A stretch of DNA of 64,000 nt from IMG/VR virus record IMGVR_UViG_2920343190_000001. One strand, written 5' to 3'. This document shows positions 40,088-49,586 of the stretch, in pieces. Within the stretch, counting starts at the first letter, position 1. Each line of letters begins with the position of its first letter. Origin of the DNA: a virus. The translations under genes and the position numbers were made by a program. The notes under the pieces were generated by a model, which did not search any database, was not told the origin of the DNA, and saw only the letters and a program-made list of their open reading frames with translations.

Positions 40088-40396
40088 TTATATATCTTTT
40101 ATCTCTTTTAAAATTTTTTTCAATTTTAAATTTTCTTGTTCTAATTTAAAAAAATACTCCATAGTTTCTCTATGACCTCTATCATAACTCCAAGCTTTCC
40201 ATATGTCTTTTTCCTCTTCTTTAGTAAGTACTAAGACATCAATAATCGCTTGAATAGTCTCTTCACTTCCTATTTTTTTACCTGTTTTTATTCCACTAAA
40301 AAACCCTTGTGTTATCCCAACTTTTGAGCATATCTCAGTTTGAGTTATCTTTTTTCCTACCAAAACTTTTTCTATAGCTAAACCTATTTTTGTCAT
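40088..40396 (-). CDS. XRE-family HTH regulator (repressor candidate)
   Basis: TQTEICSKVGITQGFFSGIKTG; lies at the divergent promoter region 40400-40640. Confidence 0.8.
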   Translation of the reverse strand: MTKIGLAIEKVLVGKKITQTEICSKVGITQGFFSGIKTGKKIGSEETIQAIIDVLVLTKEEEKDIWKAWSYDRGHRETMEYFFKLEQENLKLKKILKEIKDI

Positions 40397-41040
40397 ATCC
40401 TATTCTCCTTTTCTTTTAAGAAATTTTTAAAAATTATAACACTCCACATTCCTTTATTTTATAAGGGTTTATAGGAATAATCAATATAAAAATATTTCTT
40501 CAAAGAAATTTTTGTTGACTTTATTTCTATAAAGAAATATAATTGCGTATAAACCCAATTAAATAAAGGTTTTATGTTTAAAAATAAAAATATAATAATT
40601 TCTTTTTAGAAATAATTATAAAATATAGGAGGTCTTAAAATGTTTAACTACAACAAATTAAATATCGTGTATATTAACTCTACATAAAATTGATGAATTC
40701 ATTACTTTTGAAACGGAGAATTTAACTTAATTGAAAGATTGAGAGTAGCTTTATGATTACTTGGCGAAAAAGGACATTTAAAATGAATTTTACAAAAAAT
40801 GAAAAATGGGCAGCTCGGAACTGCCCATTTAACCTGAAACCTGTAGTTATTATAATTATTATAGTCATAATAACAAAATAAAAAATAATACTTATATATT
40901 ACTATAGGTTTCTCCAAAACACAAGGAGGAATTTAAATGAAATTAGAACAATTTTTAAAAGACTGTAAAACTATTGAGAAAAAGCTTGGGACACTTAATA
41001 TTTCAATTAAGGAGTTTCTAGCAATGGTAGTTGATAAATA

Positions 41041-41256
41041 ATGAAAATAATCGCTAAAGAAATATATATACTAAAATTTTTGGGACAAAATATTATAGCT
41101 TCCATTTCTGAAGAATTAGCTTTAAAAGAGCTGGAAGAAAGAAAAAGCGAGACATGTTGTGATTCAAATTATTCTATTGAAGTTTGTCACTTACAATTTC
41201 CAAATACAGTAACAAACTTGAACTTTGATTTTAAAAAGCTAGGATTCAACGAATAA
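41041..41256 (+). CDS. Hypothetical protein
   Basis: Coupled to an upstream 34-aa ORF and a downstream 24-aa ORF. Confidence 0.5.
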   Translation: MKIIAKEIYILKFLGQNIIASISEELALKELEERKSETCCDSNYSIEVCHLQFPNTVTNLNFDFKKLGFNE

Positions 41257-41330
41257 TGAATATTATAATAGCTGATTTAATTTACGGGGCCATAGTGTTT
41301 TTTACAATAGTTTCTGTATCCAAAAAATAG
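41256..41330 (+). CDS. 24-aa hydrophobic peptide
   Basis: ATG overlaps the upstream TAA; MNIIIADLIYGAIVFFTIVSVSKK; followed by a hairpin. Confidence 0.4.
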   Translation: MNIIIADLIYGAIVFFTIVSVSKK

Positions 41331-41599
41331 AAAAATGGGTAGCTAAAACTACCCATTCTTACAATTTTACAACACCCTATTTCAACACATTTATAAACAA
41401 GCTTGTCCCTAGTATACTATATATTATTTTGATTTACAATCCAGAAATGAACTTCGAGAAACAAAATGTCCAAAAAATAGAAAGTGAGTAGCTAGGACTA
41501 CCCACTTCACAATAACTTAAAAAATCCATATTTTGAGATATGTTTATCAAAAGAAACTCATGTTTAATATACCATACACCTTATTTATCTTCAATCCGA

Positions 41600-41775
41600 A
41601 ACTAAACAAAAAGAGAGCCTCCTCGGTTAAAAAGTGTATTTTATGAAAGGGGTGGTAAATCCCTAACATAAAAGAAGTCACCTTATATTAAAAGATGACT
41701 TCTTTTATATAAACACACTTTTAACCGAGTTTTGTTAATCGCTCCGACTTACCAGGTCATCACTGCTTTTAACAC
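41600..41775 (-). ncRNA. Candidate structured RNA
   Basis: Downstream of a consensus promoter; nested inverted repeats; no long ORF. Confidence 0.4.
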
Positions 41776-41779
41776 CATT

Positions 41780-41808
41780 ATTATAAATTTTTTAATTTAT
41801 ATTGTCAA
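41780..41808 (-). promoter_or_regulatory. Consensus sigma70 promoter
   Basis: TTGACA (41808-41803), 17-bp spacer, TATAAT (41785-41780) on the minus strand. Confidence 0.8.
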
Positions 41809-41905
41809 ATTCAAAAATATGCTTCAAATAACTTAGATTTTTTTAATAAGTTCTTAATTTTTTAAGAGTTTATTTGAAAAATTAAAATCAATCAGGAGGG
41901 ATCAA

Positions 41906-42925
41906 ATGGCTAAAATATTTAACAAGACTAAAAAAGAGTTTACGCAAATTAACAATCAACTCCTGACAAACTCTGATTTAACTTTTGGAGCTAGGGGACT
42001 TATTGGACTTATGCTTTCTAGACCAGAGGAATGGGAGTTCAATATGGACGAAATAGCAAGTAATACAAAAGAAAGTTATTATGCTGTTCAAAAATTAATT
42101 AAAGAGCTAGAAACAAACAAATATTTATTTAGAATTAAAAGAGGTGTTCCTGGTAAAAAATCAACTTTTGAATGGTTATATTTCTTAAATGAAGTTCCAT
42201 TTTCTGATTTAGATATCAAAGAAATTGAAGAGGAATACTTGAAAAATAAGGGTTCCAACGACAATGCGAAAATGACATCATCGTTGCCAACGACAACCCC
42301 AATTAGCGACCGTCGCAAAATGGGGTCATATATAAATACTTATACATGTAAAAATACTTATGTAAATAAGACATGTAACATGTCTATTTCCAAAAACAAC
42401 CTTGGAACAAATAAAAAAGGGTTTCCCATCAAAGACAAATGGGAGAAATTTTTAATTGATAATATTTCTGGAATTGATTATCAAACAAATATTCAAAAGC
42501 AAATTAGAAAACTAGAAAAGAATTGGTCTGAAAAACAAATACAAGATTATTTACTAGAAACATATGCTAGCGGAATTAAACAAAATTTATCTTTAGGACT
42601 TATAGCTAAGTTAATTGCTAATGGTAAAAGAATTAGAGAAAATAAATATCCTGAAAAGAAAGTTAATAAACAAAATACTATCGAGACTAAAGAACTTATA
42701 GCAGCTAAAAATATATCAATTGAAAAAACTAAAAAATATTTATCTGAACAAAATAAAGTAAAAGTTGAAATTTTAAATGGAACTTCAAATTCAAAAATGG
42801 ATCCTTTATTAGAAACACTTATTCAAAAATATAAAGATATGGGATTAGGATTAGGTTCTGCAACTATGAAAGCTGGAGCAGAATTTTATAACTTACAAAA
42901 ATCTCAAGGGAGTATTAATGCCTAA
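41906..42925 (+). CDS. Phage replication initiator/replisome organiser (winged HTH N-terminus)
   Basis: FTQINNQLL....LTFGARGL...MLSRPEEW motif; internal short repeats. Confidence 0.75.
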   Translation: MAKIFNKTKKEFTQINNQLLTNSDLTFGARGLIGLMLSRPEEWEFNMDEIASNTKESYYAVQKLIKELETNKYLFRIKRGVPGKKSTFEWLYFLNEVPFSDLDIKEIEEEYLKNKGSNDNAKMTSSLPTTTPISDRRKMGSYINTYTCKNTYVNKTCNMSISKNNLGTNKKGFPIKDKWEKFLIDNISGIDYQTNIQKQIRKLEKNWSEKQIQDYLLETYASGIKQNLSLGLIAKLIANGKRIRENKYPEKKVNKQNTIETKELIAAKNISIEKTKKYLSEQNKVKVEILNGTSNSKMDPLLETLIQKYKDMGLGLGSATMKAGAEFYNLQKSQGSINA

Positions 42926-43157
42926 AAGAAACCTTAAAATACAAACTAATATTGAAATTATAGCTAAAGACTATATGAAAATTGCGAGAGTTGAAACCTT
43001 GGCTGAACTTAAAAGCACAACATATTGGGAATATTACCAAAAAGAAGTGCGTGGATTAAGCAATGTTAAAACTATTGTTAATGTGAATGAAATTATAAAA
43101 AAATCTGAAAATATTGAAAACATATCGAAAGAAGTGATTCAAAAGTTACTTGAATAG
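42918..43157 (+). CDS. Hypothetical protein
   Basis: Coupled to the initiator gene. Confidence 0.55.
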   Translation: MPKRNLKIQTNIEIIAKDYMKIARVETLAELKSTTYWEYYQKEVRGLSNVKTIVNVNEIIKKSENIENISKEVIQKLLE

Positions 43158-43569
43158 GTGTCTAAAACGCTTTAAAATCGTTTTTAATAAACTTCATAGA
43201 TGTTTAATGGATGTTTTATTGTTAAATGTGTTTAGATGACGTTAAAAACGTTTTTAATCAATGTTTGAGATTATTGGAAAAAATATGGAGCAATTAATAA
43301 CATTGAATAATTTAAGGGTAAATCAACTTGAAATTATTTTGACAATAAATGAAAAGTTAACAAACATAATTAAAAAACTAATTCTCTGATTTAATTAAAT
43401 GATTAATTCTGATAGAGAAGTTTTCTTTGAAATAAACAAACCAATTATTTTTAGTTTTTATAGAAATAAAAAAATAAAACTCTTTAAATATAAATTTTAT
43501 AACTTTAATAACTTTAAATACTTTAGGATTCATCTAGGCCAGTAAAATCAATGCTTAAAAGTGGGGTAT

Positions 43570-43697
43570 AGCGTACATCTTGTAACAATAAAACGTACAT
43601 CTTGTAACAATGAAGCGTACATCTTGTAACAATGAAGCGTACATCTTGTAACAAATACCCATACATCTTGTAACATATAGCGTACGTCTTGTAACAA
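43570..43697 (+). repeat. Plasmid origin iterons: six copies, about 22-bp period, consensus AGCGTACATCTTGTAACAA
   Basis: Copies near 43570, 43592, 43614, 43636, 43658 and 43679; AT-rich region upstream; further partial copy near 43803 in the rep promoter. Confidence 0.92.
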
Positions 43698-43897
43698 ATA
43701 TCTTTAAATAGAAATAATTATATAGTTGAATTAAAAATAAGTTAATAAACATAATGTTTTCAGGCATTAATTTGTATTTTAAGTTTTCACTATACAAAAT
43801 GTACGTACATTTTGTAACAATTAAAGCGTACCGATATATTTACAAGTACGTTTCACTGTGGTATATTTAATATTGAATATGAAAATTTAGAAAAGGA

Positions 43898-45091
43898 GTG
43901 TTGATGAAAAGCTTAGAAGTTAAGTATAGTAATGTAATGAATAATGTTTCTTTTGCAGGATTTAAAGAAAAAGAATTAGATCTTTTTTTTAGTATTTGCT
44001 TTAAATTAAAAGAATATGGAACAGATGAATTAACATTAGAATTTGATGAATTAAGAGAGCTTTCTAATTATCAACATAGAGGATTAGAAAGGTTTTATAA
44101 AGATTTAGATCAAGTTTATAGAAAGTTAATTGAATTGAATTTTAAATATGAAGATGATGAAAAAATTATTAGATTTGTTTTATTTAATAGATATGAAATA
44201 AATAAAAAAAATAAAGTTGTATCTGTAAAAGTAAATGAAGATTTTAAAAATATATTAAATGATTTGACCAAAATGTATACAAAGTTTGATTTATTAGATT
44301 TTGTAAATTTAAAAAGTGTTTATTCAAAAAATACTTTTAAATTATTGAAACAATGGGAAGGAACTAAAAGCATAGATTTTCAAATAGAAAACTTAAGAGA
44401 AATTCTAGGAGTTCCAATAAGTTATAATATGGATAATTTTAATAAAAGAGTTTTAAAACCTTTGGAAGAAGAGTTACCACACTGTTTTAAAAACTTAAAA
44501 ATAGAAAAAATTAGAACGGGCAGAAAAATAACTAATATAAATTTTAGTTGGGAGAGAAATAAAGAAAAAGAAATAGCGGAGATTGTAGAAATTGAAATAT
44601 CTTCTAAACTAAATAAAGCCATAGATAAAGCTAAACAGAATAGGTATTTAAAAGATATTTTTACAGAAAAAAACATCCATAAATTATCAGAAAAATTTAA
44701 AGAAGATAATTTAATTAAAGCTTTACATTACGCCTATAAAACAGTAAAACAAGAAGTGCCAAATTTCAGTTATTTTTTAAAAATAATTGAATCAGGGACA
44801 AAAGAAACTCAAATAAAAATAAAAATAAATAAAGAAGAGATTGAAATATTAAAAATTGAAGATAAACTTGAAAATGTAGTAGAAACGCTAAAGTCTGAAG
44901 AACAAGAATCAGATTTAATATATAAAATGTTTTTAAATATGCCAGATGAGATTAAAACTTCAATAATGGAGAAAGCTAAAGATTTATTTTTAAAAGAAAT
45001 TGGAGCAGATAAAATGAATTCTATGTATGAAAAGTTTTTTAGTGCTTCTGAAAAAAAATTAATATTAAAAGTAATTAGGGAGAGTGAATAA
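43898..45091 (+). CDS. repB: Plasmid replication initiator, Rep_3/RepB family
   Basis: KELDLFF, F..L.S.YSK..FKLLKQW, LREILGVP.SY....FNKRVLKP; adjacent iterons. Confidence 0.92.
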   Translation: MLMKSLEVKYSNVMNNVSFAGFKEKELDLFFSICFKLKEYGTDELTLEFDELRELSNYQHRGLERFYKDLDQVYRKLIELNFKYEDDEKIIRFVLFNRYEINKKNKVVSVKVNEDFKNILNDLTKMYTKFDLLDFVNLKSVYSKNTFKLLKQWEGTKSIDFQIENLREILGVPISYNMDNFNKRVLKPLEEELPHCFKNLKIEKIRTGRKITNINFSWERNKEKEIAEIVEIEISSKLNKAIDKAKQNRYLKDIFTEKNIHKLSEKFKEDNLIKALHYAYKTVKQEVPNFSYFLKIIESGTKETQIKIKINKEEIEILKIEDKLENVVETLKSEEQESDLIYKMFLNMPDEIKTSIMEKAKDLFLKEIGADKMNSMYEKFFSASEKKLILKVIRESE

Positions 45092-45093
45092 TT

Positions 45094-45789
45094 TTGAAAA
45101 TAATATCCATAAAAAATAATAAAGGTGGAGTTGGAAAAACTTTTATTACTACCCAATTAGCGGCGGGATTAGCTTATGCAGACAAAAGAGTTCTGATACT
45201 AACATCTGATCCACAAAATAATGTATTCAATTTTTTATTTAAAGGAGATAAAACTTTTAAGAAAGGACTTAAAGCAGAGGTTTTAAAAAAAGATGGAGAA
45301 TATTTTAGATTGAGAAGTAATTTATATTTTCTTCCCTTAGAAGATGTTAAATTCTCTAATCAGTTTTTAAAAGAAGTGGTGGAGTTTATAAAAAGAATAA
45401 AAAATGAATTTGACTATATATTGATAGATAGTATTCCAACATTAAAAATTGATGAAATATTCCTTAATTTATCTGATTATATTATAATCCCAAGTTATGC
45501 TGACGAACTAACAACAGAAAGTATTTTAGAGCTTCTAAAGACTATAGACGTAAGTAAAGTTAAAGCAATAGTAACTAATAGGTATAAATCAACATCAGCG
45601 GTTCAGAAGGCTAATTATACAGCTTTAAAAAGTGATTTAGAAGGGAGTTCTATATTGTTTACTGATCCTATTGAAAACTTATCTTTTATAGAATTGATGA
45701 TTCAAAATAAAAAAACTATTTGGGAATATAATAATACTTTTGCGACTAAAGTGCAAAAGATATTTTTAGAAATACTTAAAGTAATTTAA
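45094..45789 (+). CDS. parA: ParA family partition ATPase
   Basis: NNKGGVGKT deviant Walker A, ILTSDPQNN, YILIDSIP. Confidence 0.92.
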   Translation: MKIISIKNNKGGVGKTFITTQLAAGLAYADKRVLILTSDPQNNVFNFLFKGDKTFKKGLKAEVLKKDGEYFRLRSNLYFLPLEDVKFSNQFLKEVVEFIKRIKNEFDYILIDSIPTLKIDEIFLNLSDYIIIPSYADELTTESILELLKTIDVSKVKAIVTNRYKSTSAVQKANYTALKSDLEGSSILFTDPIENLSFIELMIQNKKTIWEYNNTFATKVQKIFLEILKVI

Positions 45790-45798
45790 TGAAAATTT

Positions 45799-45829
45799 AA
45801 AAGCAAGGGACAACTTGTCCCTTGCTTTT
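45799..45829. promoter_or_regulatory. Perfect 15-bp-arm palindrome, candidate centromere (parS) or operator
   Basis: AAAAGCAAGGGACAA-C-TTGTCCCTTGCTTTT between parA and its partner. Confidence 0.55.
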
Positions 45830-45846
45830 GGGGAGAGTGAAATTCG

Positions 45847-46521
45847 GTGAGTAAAGTTAGATTAGATATAAAAAATATGCTTCAAAATTCCATTGATAAG
45901 CCTAACGTAAAAAAAGAAGAAGAATATACTTATGAAGTAGACTCTATTATAAATTTAGATTTAATTAGAGAATTGTCAGATGATAATGAAATAAGTAAAT
46001 TATTGGTAGATAAGACTAAATCTTTAATTAACTTACAAATAAAAAATGCCATTTCGTTAGGAGAGATTTTTACATCTGTTTTTGATAAACTATCTAAATC
46101 TGGAAGTAAATATGAGGGGTTATATGAAAAATGGCTTCAGTTGAATGATATAAATAAAAAGACGGCTTTAAGATATAGAAAAAGATATGAATTATATTCA
46201 ATGATTAATAATAAAGAAACAATAGCAATAATGCCACAAAAATATATAGATATACTTTATTCTGAAGAAGATAAAACTAAATATATAGAGCTGATTGAAA
46301 AAGGTGCGACATCAAAAGAAATTATAGAGTATATAGATTCACAAGGTATTGTTGAACTCAAAACAGTTAATTTAATAGAGGAAAGAGATGAGATATTTAA
46401 TCATATTCCTAAGTATTTAAATTTTTCAAAAGAGATAAATAGAAAAATAGAAACTTTAGATGAAAAGAAAAAAAGAGATCTACAGAAATATTTGGATAAA
46501 ATAGATAAAATATTGAATTAG
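45847..46521 (+). CDS. ParB-like partition partner
   Basis: Directly follows parA; helical DNA-binding-like region (TALRYRKRYELY). Confidence 0.6.
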   Translation: MSKVRLDIKNMLQNSIDKPNVKKEEEYTYEVDSIINLDLIRELSDDNEISKLLVDKTKSLINLQIKNAISLGEIFTSVFDKLSKSGSKYEGLYEKWLQLNDINKKTALRYRKRYELYSMINNKETIAIMPQKYIDILYSEEDKTKYIELIEKGATSKEIIEYIDSQGIVELKTVNLIEERDEIFNHIPKYLNFSKEINRKIETLDEKKKRDLQKYLDKIDKILN

Positions 46522-46555
46522 GTTGTTTTTAAATCATAATTTTTGGGAGAGAAAA

Positions 46556-47107
46556 ATGGGAAAGTTAGAAGCTATCAGCAAAATTATTTCGACTGCTATT
46601 ATTTGTATATCTATAGCTTTAATGGTATCAAATAAAAGTGAAAATAAAGAAGTTGAAAGAATAGAAATAACGGAAGTAAGTAAAAATACTTTAAACGATA
46701 AAGAAAAAGTTTTTAAGTGGAGAAGTAAAGTAGATAACAAAAATTTTAATATTAAATACAAAATAACAAATGAATTAGAAAATAAATCAACTTTATTCTA
46801 TGATAGAGATACTGAAGAAGAGGGAATTAGGATAACAAATGAATTGTCTAAGGATAAAATAATAATTAAGCCCATGTATGCAAATCATATACAAAGATCT
46901 CCTGAAGAAAGGGCTGCAATTTTTAACGGAAAGTTTAAGAAAAAATATTCTGGATATGAAATCTATAATACAGAAAAACCAAATCCTTCATTCATCTTTT
47001 TTAAAAATAAACTGTGTTTAATTGAATATTATAAAGTAGATGGAAAATTAAATAAAATTTATGATTTAGTAACAAAAACTATTAACGGTGTTTCACCTAA
47101 AGGATAA
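46556..47107 (+). CDS. Exported/membrane-anchored hypothetical protein
   Basis: GGGAG RBS before ATG 46556; N-terminal hydrophobic helix. Confidence 0.6.
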   Translation: MGKLEAISKIISTAIICISIALMVSNKSENKEVERIEITEVSKNTLNDKEKVFKWRSKVDNKNFNIKYKITNELENKSTLFYDRDTEEEGIRITNELSKDKIIIKPMYANHIQRSPEERAAIFNGKFKKKYSGYEIYNTEKPNPSFIFFKNKLCLIEYYKVDGKLNKIYDLVTKTINGVSPKG

Positions 47108-47148
47108 AATTAATGAAATTATTTGGTAGGTTAGAATAAGGAGGGCTA

Positions 47149-47478
47149 ATGTTAACAAGAGAAGAACTTTTAAAAAGTTTAAAAGATAATAAAGAAAAAT
47201 TAGAAATGTTAGGAGCCTTTAAAATAGGCATTTTTGGAAGCTATGCTAAAGGAACGGCAACAGAGGATAGCGACATAGATATACTTTTAGAATTAAATCC
47301 AGAAGGAGATATTTATGGAAATTATTGTAACGTAAAATATTTCTTAGAAGAACTGTATAATAAAAAAGTTGATTTGTTAACAACGAGCCATTTTAGAAGA
47401 AATTACAAAACAGAATTAGCAAAAAAACATAATGAAATAATTCAAAAAAAAATAATGGCGAGTGTTATATATATTTAA
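47149..47478 (+). CDS. Minimal nucleotidyltransferase (MNT)
   Basis: IGIFGSYAKG.ATEDSDIDIL. Confidence 0.9.
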   Translation: MLTREELLKSLKDNKEKLEMLGAFKIGIFGSYAKGTATEDSDIDILLELNPEGDIYGNYCNVKYFLEELYNKKVDLLTTSHFRRNYKTELAKKHNEIIQKKIMASVIYI

Positions 47479-47503
47479 GTTGAAATTAATTAGGAGGAAT
47501 TCC

Positions 47504-47821
47504 ATGATAAATCTAAAGGAAATAGAAGAAGTAAAAAATAGATTAGTTGCAGAATTTCATCCTAAAAAAATATATATCTTTGGATCCTATGCTTGGGGAG
47601 TTCCAAACGAAGATAGTGACTTGGATATTATGGTCATTTTAGATAAGTATAATAACAAAATGAGTGAAATAAGAAGAGGATTAAAAGCCCTAAGAGGAAT
47701 TAGATTTCCTAAAGATGTAATTATAAATAATGAGTTAGAATTTATAGAAAATTCTAAGAAAAATTATACGATAGAGAGTGAAATATTAGAAAATGGATAT
47801 TTATTATACGAAGATAAATAA
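47504..47821 (+). CDS. Second minimal nucleotidyltransferase (MNT)
   Basis: IYIFGSYAWG.PNEDSDLDIMV; AGGAGG RBS before ATG near 47504. Confidence 0.88.
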   Translation: MINLKEIEEVKNRLVAEFHPKKIYIFGSYAWGVPNEDSDLDIMVILDKYNNKMSEIRRGLKALRGIRFPKDVIINNELEFIENSKKNYTIESEILENGYLLYEDK

Positions 47822-47900
47822 ATTTGATTGTTAAAAGTATCTAGTGATATAGAAATTGGAGAAAAAATATTAGAAAAAGATTAGACTCAGAGGAGAAAAA
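47822..47900 (+). pseudogene. Possible truncated HEPN N-terminal remnant
   Basis: TGA-LLKVSSDIEIGEKILEKE resembles the W..KA..D...A..LL start of HEPN toxins. Confidence 0.3.
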
Positions 47901-48623
47901 ATGAAAAATAAATATATTATGTCAAGAAAAGATAATATTATGTTAGCTAAAAGAAATATTGTTGATTCAATATGGAAAAGTGCAAATTTGGAAGGAATAG
48001 CAGTTACTTTTCCAGAAACAGAAATGATTTTTGATGGTTTAGTAGCAAAAGATATGATTATAAAAGATGTTAATGTAATTATTAATTTAAAGAAAGCATG
48101 GGAGTTTATAATAGATTATGCAGATTATCCGATAGACTTTGGATATATTTGTATGATTAATAAAATTGTAGGATCTGATAATGTTACTCCCTATCCAGGA
48201 TATATGAGAACATCTGAAGTGAAGATGGGTGGAACAGAGTGGATTCCAGAAATACCAAATGAAGTTAAGATTAAACAAGATTTAGAAGAAATAAAAAAAA
48301 TAGAAAATGCAACAGATCAAGCTATTACCTTAATGCTTTACCTTATGAGAAGTCAAATTTTCTATGATGGAAATAAAAGAACTGCTATGTTAGCAGCAAA
48401 TCAAGTAATGATACATAATGGAGCAGGAATTATTTCTATCCCTCTTGAAGAGCAAAAGAATTTTAGAAATGAACTGGTAAAGTTCTACGAAAGTAATGAT
48501 ATGACTGGAATAAAAGAAATGATTTATAATAAATGTATTGATGGAATTGATTTTAATATTAAGGAAAATAAAGATTTATTAGATTTTGAGAAAAAATTAA
48601 AAGATATGAAAAAAAGTCAGTAA
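47901..48623 (+). CDS. Fic/DOC family protein
   Basis: QIFYDGNKRTA (variant Fic motif). Confidence 0.88.
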   Translation: MKNKYIMSRKDNIMLAKRNIVDSIWKSANLEGIAVTFPETEMIFDGLVAKDMIIKDVNVIINLKKAWEFIIDYADYPIDFGYICMINKIVGSDNVTPYPGYMRTSEVKMGGTEWIPEIPNEVKIKQDLEEIKKIENATDQAITLMLYLMRSQIFYDGNKRTAMLAANQVMIHNGAGIISIPLEEQKNFRNELVKFYESNDMTGIKEMIYNKCIDGIDFNIKENKDLLDFEKKLKDMKKSQ

Positions 48624-48745
48624 ATTATATGGAGTTGATTAAAAAGAATTCACCAATAATAATATTGAAAAAATAAAAAGGTAGATATATAAATTATTTG
48701 GCTACAGAAAATGTAAAATAGCCTTAAAAATGGGAGTGATGTAAA

Positions 48746-49012
48746 ATGACAAAACAAGAATTTATTAATTTACATCAAGAGAACATGGGGATAGATAGAA
48801 AGAAAGAATTTGAAAAATTAATGAGTGAACTATTCTCAACATTAGAAGATATTTTAGAAACGGGAGAAGAATTGTCAATAAGAGGATTTGGAGAACTTGA
48901 AGTTGTAATTCAAGCAACAAGAACTTATAGAAATCTAAAAACAGAAGAGGTTGAGAAAAAAGGAGTTAAATTTAAAGCAGAAAAAGGATTGGTTAAAAAG
49001 TCAGTAAAATAA
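48746..49012 (+). CDS. HU/IHF-like DNA-binding protein
   Basis: MTKQEFI...GEELSIRGFGELEV...RTYRNLKT...VKFKA.K.L. Confidence 0.85.
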   Translation: MTKQEFINLHQENMGIDRKKEFEKLMSELFSTLEDILETGEELSIRGFGELEVVIQATRTYRNLKTEEVEKKGVKFKAEKGLVKKSVK

Positions 49013-49277
49013 ACATTGATTTATAATTTTTTTATTATCTATATTTCAGAAGTTTTTTAGTCTATGGCTAAAGAGCTTTTTTTTATATAAAAGATGACAC
49101 TTTAGATATTTTAATTTTAAAAAGTATATTTTTGAGAATAATTTAAAAGAAAGACTCACATATATTATTAAAATGTTACGTAAAAATGTTTAAAAATAAA
49201 AAAAACTTGATTTTTTAGTAACAGGGAAGTATAATAATAATATGTTAATAATATTGTTAACTAGGAGGAGAACAGTA

Positions 49278-49586
49278 ATGAACAGTGTAAAAAAAATAAG
49301 AGAAAGTAATGGATTAACACAGGAAAAGGTAGCAAAAATTATGGGTGTAAAAAGAGAGATGGTATCATACTATGAATCAAATACAAGAGAAATTCCTGTA
49401 ACAAATTTACAAAAGTTACTTAATTTTTTAGGAATCAAGTCAGAGGATTTAAAAAAAGGTAGCTATGAAAGAAAAATTCAAGTAGCTTATAGAAAGCATA
49501 ATATTTCAGAAGAAAATTTCAATCAGGTAATTTGGCTAAATAGATTTGTTATGAATCTTTCAGAAATAAAAAAGATAAATGAATGA
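49278..49586 (+). CDS. XRE HTH protein
   Basis: VKKIRE..GLTQEKVA...GV.R.MVSYYE; AGGAGG RBS. Confidence 0.88.
   Translation: MNSVKKIRESNGLTQEKVAKIMGVKREMVSYYESNTREIPVTNLQKLLNFLGIKSEDLKKGSYERKIQVAYRKHNISEENFNQVIWLNRFVMNLSEIKKINE

Noticed and set aside
11455-48278. Many antisense ORFs in the track (e.g. 11455-11733, 17895-18458, 21361-21651, 28656-29081, 30236-30724, 31826-32371, 44422-44676)
   Set aside because: Shadows of well-supported genes on the other strand, with no RBS or family motifs.
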